Assembly: GCA_964373805.1 (NCBI GenBank)
Contig: CAYJWF010000003.1
Coordinates: 23,001-87,000 of the forward strand
Length of the DNA stretch: 64,000 nucleotides
Reading direction: 5' to 3'
Source of the DNA: an uncultured Planctomycetia bacterium
Lineage (GTDB): Bacteria; Omnitrophota; Gorgyraeia; 1-14-0-20-64-10
Positions 57,639 to 64,000 of the stretch are shown one piece after another. Under the pieces are notes generated by a model. It searched no databases, was not told the DNA's origin, and worked only from the letters and a program-made list of their open reading frames with translations. Within the stretch, counting starts at the first letter, position 1. Every line of letters starts with the position of its first letter. Both the position numbers and the translations under genes were made by a program.

Positions 57639-58563
57639 CTGCCTTATTCCAAGTTTGGATCTGTTGTTCCTGACGGGAGCGATACCAATCGATATAACGC
57701 TCTAGTCCATCTCGGAAGGTGGTGGTGGCCTTCCAGCCCAACTCCTTCTCCGCCTTGGCGCTGTGGACACGCTTGCCCGGAAAATCCCCTGGTCGAGCGG
57801 AGGTGGCCAGAACCTGAACGTCTCCTAAGATCTCCTGAAGGGTCTGGACAATCTGTTTAATGCTGATACGATCACTTCCATCCAGGTTGTAGATCTGGTT
57901 GACTGCACCGGGTTTCAGGCTCAGCACAATGCCTTCCGCTAAGTCCTCCACGTAAACAAACTGGCGGAACTGCATGCCGTCCCCTGCAACCGTTAGCGGC
58001 TCTCCCTTCAAGGCCCTGCCGACGAAAATGGGGATGACTGCCCCATCGCGCGCTCGCGGACCATAAGGAATGCCAAAGCGAAGGATCGTGTATTCCAAGT
58101 TGTACAGTACGGAATAGGCACGGCAGTAGTATTCGGAGGCAATCTTGGTGGCCGTATAAAGGTGCGAAGGGGGTGGGATCGGCGTCTCCTCATTCACCTC
58201 CGCATCGGGGCAATCGCTGTAAACCCAGCTGGTACTTCCATAGAGGAGGCGCTTGACACGACAGCGTCGTGCAGCCTCTAGAACACAGAGGGTACCCCGT
58301 GTATTAACGGTTTCTGCGTAGGATGGATCTTCCATGACCTCCTTGACATCGGCGACTGCCGCGAGATGTATGACGGCGTGGATTCCCGCCATGGCAATCC
58401 GGAGAGCCTCAACGTCCAGGATGCTTCCGATGAAATGTTCCACCTCTGTATGAACCGTTGAACGATGATGGTCAAAGATCAGGGGTGTAATCCCGTGCGA
58501 CATCAAGCGATCCACCACATGGGAACCAATAAACCCCGCGCCACCTGTCACGAGAACTCTCAT
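57619..58563 (-). CDS. NAD-dependent epimerase/dehydratase (GalE-like SDR)
   Basis: VTGGAGFIGSHVV and YTATK motifs. Confidence 0.75.
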   Translation of the reverse strand: MRVLVTGGAGFIGSHVVDRLMSHGITPLIFDHHRSTVHTEVEHFIGSILDVEALRIAMAGIHAVIHLAAVADVKEVMEDPSYAETVNTRGTLCVLEAARRCRVKRLLYGSTSWVYSDCPDAEVNEETPIPPPSHLYTATKIASEYYCRAYSVLYNLEYTILRFGIPYGPRARDGAVIPIFVGRALKGEPLTVAGDGMQFRQFVYVEDLAEGIVLSLKPGAVNQIYNLDGSDRISIKQIVQTLQEILGDVQVLATSARPGDFPGKRVHSAKAEKELGWKATTTFRDGLERYIDWYRSRQEQQIQTWNKADAALRP

Positions 58564-59573
58564 GCGACCGTTCCTTTTTGGGCAGACGCCAGATGCCGTC
58601 GAAGAAGCTCCAAAGCGGTCTTCGCCGCTTTGGTCTGAGATTCCACGGTGGCCCCTGCCATATGCGGTGTGATGACGATCTGCCCCCGTTGATGGTAAGC
58701 CAAAAGAGGAGAGTTCTTCTGCTGATGGGTTACCTCCCCGGCTAACACATCCAATCCAACGCGCAGATCCGGTCGCTTGGAAAGAACATCGGCCAAGTCC
58801 TGTTCAAGGATGACCTCTCCACGGGATGTATTGACCAGACAAGCCCCCCATTTCAGTCTTTCGAGAAAGGAGTGGTTAATGAATCCTGTCGTTTCAGGGG
58901 TAAGTCGACAGCAAAGACAGATAACTTCCGATCGGCTAAAGAGTTCCTCCAGCGATTCGGTGGGATAGACATCGGAGGTGACGTACGGATCGAAGTAGGA
59001 TACTCGAGCCCCAAAGGCAATGCAGTAATGGGCCAACCGCTGACCGATTCGCCCAAGGCCGATGATTCCCACCCGTTTACCCTGCAATTCGTGGCCTCGA
59101 AGTCGCTCCTCTCGATCCCGCCATCGCCCAGCAGAAACTTCTTGGATTGCTACATCGAGGCGGCGAAGGGTGTTCAGAAGTAACAAAAACGTGAATTCCG
59201 AGCTGGCCGAGATCTGCACGAGAGCGGCTCGATCATCCAAGAGGCTGTAGACGGAAACCCCTCGCCGGGTACACGCCTCCAGATCGATGTGGTTACAGCC
59301 GGTGGAGGGGGTAACCAACACGGACAGAGAAGGATACAGGTCCAAGATCGCCTCATCGATGACAAACAGTTGTCCAGGGTTTACCACCCATGCCGTAAGG
59401 TCCTCCGCAGGACTCAGCTCTTGACGACGCCAGATCTCTTTAAAGATGGTTGGGATCAAGGACTGGTAGGCCTCCACGAGCTTTCCGAGGAATTCAAACG
59501 GCGCACTAAAGAGGCACCATCCGGTTTTTACACCTGCGAGAGCCGTTGGGGAAGATGGATGGGGTGTCCCCAT
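58560..59573 (-). CDS. D-isomer-specific 2-hydroxyacid dehydrogenase family protein (NAD-binding)
   Basis: GIIGLGRIGQRLA dinucleotide-binding motif, conserved R/E/H catalytic arrangement (TSRG...ITPHMAG). Confidence 0.7.
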   Translation of the reverse strand: MGTPHPSSPTALAGVKTGWCLFSAPFEFLGKLVEAYQSLIPTIFKEIWRRQELSPAEDLTAWVVNPGQLFVIDEAILDLYPSLSVLVTPSTGCNHIDLEACTRRGVSVYSLLDDRAALVQISASSEFTFLLLLNTLRRLDVAIQEVSAGRWRDREERLRGHELQGKRVGIIGLGRIGQRLAHYCIAFGARVSYFDPYVTSDVYPTESLEELFSRSEVICLCCRLTPETTGFINHSFLERLKWGACLVNTSRGEVILEQDLADVLSKRPDLRVGLDVLAGEVTHQQKNSPLLAYHQRGQIVITPHMAGATVESQTKAAKTALELLRRHLASAQKGTVA

Positions 59574-59574
59574 A

Positions 59575-60318
59575 TCAAAGATTCCTCGCTACCCCGGAGA
59601 GGTTGTTCAAGGTTGCCTCTGCCATCATGGACAACTCCGGTCCCAGAGTCGTCAAAAGACGAAACTCATCTGGTGTAGCGCTTAAGATGTGATCGCGGAT
59701 AACCTGGGAAGTCTTATTCAACGTAAAGTGCTTCTCGATGTAACGTGCACCCCGAGCTGCAGCCAACAAACAAGCGGCGATTCCATGGCAATGGTCGCTG
59801 TAGCCATAATAGCCATCCGATCCAAAAAGCGGGGGGAAATCCGTTAGGTCCGAAGGATAGGTCGGGTATTTCGACCGGCAGTAAATGTAATGCAGGCGAT
59901 GGGCATCGGGCTGCCCGAATGGGAAACCAGGCCTGTCCCACATACCAAGCGAAACGTAGGTCGGCTTGCCCTCCGATAAGATCCGCTCGCATAAGGCGGG
60001 GTTGTCAACCACCGTCCTTGAAGCGATCTTGTATCGCTGCAATCCAATGCCCTGGGCAAGGGCGAGCCCTTCCTCCGTTATGAGGGAAGCTAACATCTCA
60101 ATGCCGATGCCCTCACACCAGGCCTTTAGTTGCCTAGCTTGCTTCTCATCGATCTGATTGATTTCCCCTGGATTGCAACGCCATCCGAACTGGAACTTCG
60201 CCAGTTCAGCGCCGGCCATCCTTGCCTGCCGGATCAGCTCGTAGGCCAGATCGAAATTGCCATCGTGGTTTAATCCGATCTCAGCAACAAGAACCATCTG
60301 TTTATCTGCTAAGGCCAT
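59575..60318 (-). CDS. NeuB-family TIM-barrel protein lacking the C-terminal SAF domain (divergent nonulosonic/ulosonic acid synthase-like)
   Basis: VAEIGLNHDGN, AELAKFQ, YKIASR, YVSLGM, YSDHCHG and IEKHFTLNK match NeuB barrel motifs. The protein ends ~40 aa after the barrel, 247 aa. Confidence 0.6.
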   Translation of the reverse strand: MALADKQMVLVAEIGLNHDGNFDLAYELIRQARMAGAELAKFQFGWRCNPGEINQIDEKQARQLKAWCEGIGIEMLASLITEEGLALAQGIGLQRYKIASRTVVDNPALCERILSEGKPTYVSLGMWDRPGFPFGQPDAHRLHYIYCRSKYPTYPSDLTDFPPLFGSDGYYGYSDHCHGIAACLLAAARGARYIEKHFTLNKTSQVIRDHILSATPDEFRLLTTLGPELSMMAEATLNNLSGVARNL

Positions 60319-60336
60319 CTTATGTTCTTTCCTCCA

Positions 60337-61737
60337 TCACATCGCAGTAGACAGACTTACCGTTCTTTGTAAAAGGATCTGTTCGATAAGCCAAGCGTCA
60401 TAAGGCGTTTTAATTTGATAGCTCTCGTGCCCGGGCATAACCACATGCCCAACTTTTCGACCGAGGAGGTCTTTCGCGGTCAACACATCGCGCCAGCATG
60501 CCTTGATCGCTCCATTGTCCACATACAGTGCTTCCCGCTCGATTCGTATCTGATGGTGCATGGCTGGGTTTAAGGGTGTGAGTCCATGGATGCCATGGAC
60601 ATAATGAAGTTTATAATCCTCATAGACGCTCAGGACGCTGTCTGTGTTATACAGGATGAGCGTGTCAATCGCTTCCCGGATATGTTCTGCTCGACGAAGC
60701 GGAGTATGAACATTCAGCAGAACAAGAATATCCGAGTAGACCCCGTGTTCCTCTTCCAGGCGGCGCACAGCATCCTCGGCTATTTCGCTTTCCAGGATCC
60801 GATCCCCAGAAAGTTCCACTGGCCGGAGCATCGCTAGGACTTCGGGAAAACGCCGACAGTATTCAACTACTTGCGGATCATCGGTAGTCACCAGCATGAC
60901 CTCAAAACTGCCAGTTTGTTGGGCGGCCTCTATGGTGTAATCAATCAGCAGGCGATCTGCCAACTTCGTCAGGACGATGTTCGGTAGAGCTTTATACGTG
61001 TTTTTAGCGGTCACAATCGCCACGGCACGGGGTGTACCGTTCCCACCTCTTCGTTCCACTATATCTCGCTTGATCCGACCTCGTGCTTGCAGCAATCGTG
61101 ATTCATCTTTTGTGAGTGACTCATCATGTTGCCGGTAGAAGAACAGAGGTGTGTGGACATTCGCTACGCCATAACGGTGTAGTATCTTTAGCCACAACTC
61201 ATAACCATCCTGGCTGTTGTAACGTTCGTCATATCCACCCAAGCTCTTGAGCGCCCGTTTACGGATTAAGGTGCCTGCGCCGTGCGCAGGAAGATCCAAA
61301 AGTTGTGCCTCTTGCCCAATCCGTTTACGCTGCTCAAGCCCTAAATAGTTGCCACGTTCATCTACATAGATGTAGTTCGGATAGACTAACGCCACCTCCG
61401 GATAGCGATCAAGATAAGATCCCAGGACAAGGAGTGCATTCTCATCCAGGTAGTCATCGGCATCCAGCCGCATGATATAAAGGCCACGGGCAATGGCAAG
61501 GGCCTCATTCGCAGACACCTGAAGACCCCGCACTTGAGGATGGGTGATGACGGAGATCTTTGAAGGGTTACTTGCCCGATAGGAGGCGGCAATGGCCGAC
61601 GTTTGGTCCTGCGACCCATCATCAATGATGATCAGTTCCCAATCAGGCATTGTTTGTAACAGTACGCTTTCTATCGCCTGGGCGAGGAAGTGTCCATACC
61701 GGTGGCATGGAATGTAAACGGTAACTCTACATTCCAT
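60337..61737 (-). CDS. fusion protein: GT2 glycosyltransferase (N) + acylneuraminate cytidylyltransferase-like CTP_transf_3 domain (C)
   Basis: N-terminus has VYIPCHRYGHFL...IIIDDGSQD...RLDADDYL (GT-A DxD). C-terminus has AIVTAKNTYKALPNIVLTKLADRLLIDYTIEAA, a NeuA/KdsB-like glycine-poor variant. Confidence 0.6.
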   Translation of the reverse strand: MECRVTVYIPCHRYGHFLAQAIESVLLQTMPDWELIIIDDGSQDQTSAIAASYRASNPSKISVITHPQVRGLQVSANEALAIARGLYIMRLDADDYLDENALLVLGSYLDRYPEVALVYPNYIYVDERGNYLGLEQRKRIGQEAQLLDLPAHGAGTLIRKRALKSLGGYDERYNSQDGYELWLKILHRYGVANVHTPLFFYRQHDESLTKDESRLLQARGRIKRDIVERRGGNGTPRAVAIVTAKNTYKALPNIVLTKLADRLLIDYTIEAAQQTGSFEVMLVTTDDPQVVEYCRRFPEVLAMLRPVELSGDRILESEIAEDAVRRLEEEHGVYSDILVLLNVHTPLRRAEHIREAIDTLILYNTDSVLSVYEDYKLHYVHGIHGLTPLNPAMHHQIRIEREALYVDNGAIKACWRDVLTAKDLLGRKVGHVVMPGHESYQIKTPYDAWLIEQILLQRTVSLSTAM

Positions 61738-63808
61738 GCCACACCTTTTCGTTGATAATCGGCACGGCCACTTCTCTGGTCTCTATCTCAAGAGGAATCT
61801 GTTGTTTTCTAGGTTGATCAGGGTAAGAATCGCCGCGCTGCACCCTGACGACCAAGCCCCAAATCGCCTCACGGAAGCGCTGAATATTCTGGCCATCGGC
61901 GAAGTAAGTCTGCTCATGGGCAAAACGCTCCCATTCGCAATCCAGGATGGGATGACCATAGAGGGCTCCCTTCATGGCGCGTACGAATTGATCGGCCTTG
62001 GTTATGACGAAGTCGGCCCCGTAATCACCAAAGGTCACTTCCCCTAATCCCTCGGTATCAAACGAAAAACATTTTTTCCCAGCCGCTCCCGCTTCGATAA
62101 CCACGGAAGAGGCTGAATTGCCGACCACAACATCAGCGACTGCAATCCATTCATAGGTAGAGAGCTCAACCGAATCCCAGATAACACGAGGGTGAGTCAT
62201 CAGAGACCGCAGGGACGGTTCGCCACGGTACCTTTCCAAGCTTTTCCGGCTGCGGGGTCGAAGGACGACCCATAACTCTGGAATGGCCTCTAGGGCTTGG
62301 AGGATCCCACGGTACAACTCTGGAAAACGATCTGGGATTTGATATTCAACATCAGCCGGATGAGTGGGTAATGTGACCAAAACCACGGCACCATGGATTC
62401 CCCACCGACTCCGTATCTGGGTACGTAGTGATCCGAGACTTTCTGGTTTTAGAGCTTGTACCACATAATCCAACCGATGATTTCCAATGGGCATACATTC
62501 AACAGCATCCCAATGGTGGCCGAACGCCTTTCTAAATCTTTCGTTCCATACACACAAACGATTCATAAACAGATAGCGGATCTCTGGAAATACATGGGTC
62601 AGAGAATTTGCGGAATGGTGTACACCGACGGTGGCTCTGCCAAAATGGTTTGCAACGATGGTTCGCATCACGCTGTTGGGCTCATAATCAGCGCACTCAA
62701 CGCGAACAGAGTACTGTACACGGCGATTGAACAATAGCTCCTTCAGCAGTGCCGACAAGATGAAGCCTGATGCAAGAACGACGGCAGGTGGTTCCATCAA
62801 AAGCGCGACAGGATTTTGGATAAGTGCCTTTGCCAAACTTGCTGCTAGTCTGTAGATCTCAGACCGATGAGACTTGTCCGCACGAAGGGTGACCGCGTCA
62901 AACCATCGGATTCCCCGTTGTGACATCAAACGTTCTTGTTCGGCCCGTTCTTCTGCGGTAAGCCTCCATGAACTGTAATAGAAGGCTACTGTATGGCTGT
63001 TTAATTCCCCACCGAAAAATGACTCATTATCCCATTGCAGCCGCTTCTTATCGGACAACTTCCAAACCAGAGGAACGACGACCGGTACGTTTACAACCGG
63101 CTGGTCGGGAACACCCGGATGAAAAGATCGAAAGATATGGCGAATCAACACCGCTGGCCAGACAGCCCCATTCATAAAAAGTGCCGTTATCCTTCGCCGC
63201 CACACGCTCCATGGATTGAGCATCCGAATAGATCGAGGAAACTGGGCTCCCTTGAGCTCGAAGTGGCGACGAGTCTGCCAAGGATCGTCATCTTCTGGAA
63301 TCAGGGTAATGGCGCCTTCCTCCTTCAGGAGATATTCTGCAAACCGATAGAACTGAGTTGCGGCATGGATGTATGGTAGCAGAAGTCTGCTGTACATCCG
63401 GTCCACAGCGTCATTCGCCACAATCTTGTACAATACCTGATAACTTTTCATGCACCGGACACGCTGCATGGCCGCTTCGACATAGACGTCGCTGGCGTAA
63501 AGATTCAACTGTCCCAGTCGGTTACGTGTGGCACGATCGACCCTACTGACCTGACCGCCTGCCAACCGGCGGAGCAACCACCATGTCAGCCGGTTCACCC
63601 GTCCTTCGGGCCGCCTATCCTCAAGCGTATAAGGGTCGAATACCAGAACTTTCTTTGCCTGTCGGATCTCGCGCCATGAAGCAACTATTCGGGCCAGGCC
63701 GACCGATTGTAATAAGACAATATCTCGGCTTCTATTGCTTTCCGGCATATTCTTCCACGAAGCCTCGTTCCATAATCTTGTAACTTTCTTCCGCCTTCTG
63801 CGGTTCAC
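61727..63808 (-). CDS. hypothetical protein, paralog C of the three-member family (putative transferase)
   Basis: 693 aa. Central block VRVECADYEPNS...RATVGVHHSANSLTH aligns with the other two paralogs. Start uncertain: an internal ATG ~63748 reduces overlap with the next ORF. Confidence 0.5.
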   Translation of the reverse strand: MNRRRRKKVTRLWNEASWKNMPESNRSRDIVLLQSVGLARIVASWREIRQAKKVLVFDPYTLEDRRPEGRVNRLTWWLLRRLAGGQVSRVDRATRNRLGQLNLYASDVYVEAAMQRVRCMKSYQVLYKIVANDAVDRMYSRLLLPYIHAATQFYRFAEYLLKEEGAITLIPEDDDPWQTRRHFELKGAQFPRSIRMLNPWSVWRRRITALFMNGAVWPAVLIRHIFRSFHPGVPDQPVVNVPVVVPLVWKLSDKKRLQWDNESFFGGELNSHTVAFYYSSWRLTAEERAEQERLMSQRGIRWFDAVTLRADKSHRSEIYRLAASLAKALIQNPVALLMEPPAVVLASGFILSALLKELLFNRRVQYSVRVECADYEPNSVMRTIVANHFGRATVGVHHSANSLTHVFPEIRYLFMNRLCVWNERFRKAFGHHWDAVECMPIGNHRLDYVVQALKPESLGSLRTQIRSRWGIHGAVVLVTLPTHPADVEYQIPDRFPELYRGILQALEAIPELWVVLRPRSRKSLERYRGEPSLRSLMTHPRVIWDSVELSTYEWIAVADVVVGNSASSVVIEAGAAGKKCFSFDTEGLGEVTFGDYGADFVITKADQFVRAMKGALYGHPILDCEWERFAHEQTYFADGQNIQRFREAIWGLVVRVQRGDSYPDQPRKQQIPLEIETREVAVPIINEKVWHGM

Positions 63809-63989
63809 GGCTGGGTGTAAGGATGAAGTTGCTGTCTTCCGTTACTGGGAGCCGAACCGCATCAACACCAGGGTCGTCTCGATGGCGCATAACCGAGTCC
63901 CTTAGTGACCAGTTCCCCTTATCGTCCTGTTCCCAAATCGATGAGGACCGCTTTGCATCGACCCATTCCCAAAACTCCCGCTCATTCAT
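63732..63989 (-). CDS. possible small hypothetical protein (85 aa) at window edge
   Basis: Only ORF-track support. Acidic/Trp-rich sequence, not antisense to any gene. May extend beyond the window. Confidence 0.25.
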   Translation of the reverse strand: MNEREFWEWVDAKRSSSIWEQDDKGNWSLRDSVMRHRDDPGVDAVRLPVTEDSNFILTPSREPQKAEESYKIMERGFVEEYAGKQ

Positions 63990-64000
63990 GTCCAGCCAAG

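Overview
This window is GC-rich and almost certainly bacterial. Essentially every credible gene lies on the minus strand (about 60 CDS from ~64000 down to 1), often with 4-nt ATGA/TTGA or TAATG stop/start overlaps and almost no intergenic space. I found no rRNA, tRNA, CRISPR array, IS element or integrase. The plus-strand ORFs in the track look like antisense artefacts of a high-GC genome.

Positions 1-13400 hold housekeeping genes. They include a Dpp/Opp-type ABC transporter operon (dppA-B-C ... D-F) with a SAM methyltransferase and a CE4 polysaccharide deacetylase nested between the permease and ATPase genes, followed by secG-tpiA-pgk-gap behind a recognisable sigma70-like promoter, then fmt-def, priA and a family-4 uracil-DNA glycosylase.

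From ~13400 to the window end there is one very large glycan-biosynthesis locus of about 45 genes. It includes:
- GT28 MGDG-synthase-like, GmhB heptose phosphatase, two GT9 heptosyltransferases and an O-antigen ligase (LPS core).
- Several GT2/GT4 enzymes and eight SDR epimerase/dehydratases.
- An ArnC-like/ArnT-like pair plus a second GT-C membrane protein.
- At least seven SAM methyltransferases, including one FkbM-type.
- A nonulosonic-acid-like module: PseG-like hydrolase, NeuB/PseI-like synthase, WbqC, DegT aminotransferase and CMP-sugar cytidylyltransferases.

Unusual items inside the locus:
- A B12-binding radical SAM enzyme and a SPASM radical SAM enzyme.
- A methyltransferase-aminotransferase fusion.
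- A GT2-cytidylyltransferase fusion.
- A SAF-less NeuB-like protein.
- A WecA-like phosphoglycosyltransferase with an extra C-terminal Rossmann module.
- A secreted subtilase-like protein with a degenerate active site fused to a LamG-like domain.
- Three paralogous 600-700 aa proteins of unknown function.

Product calls are from motif and family recognition by eye only. No database search was possible.
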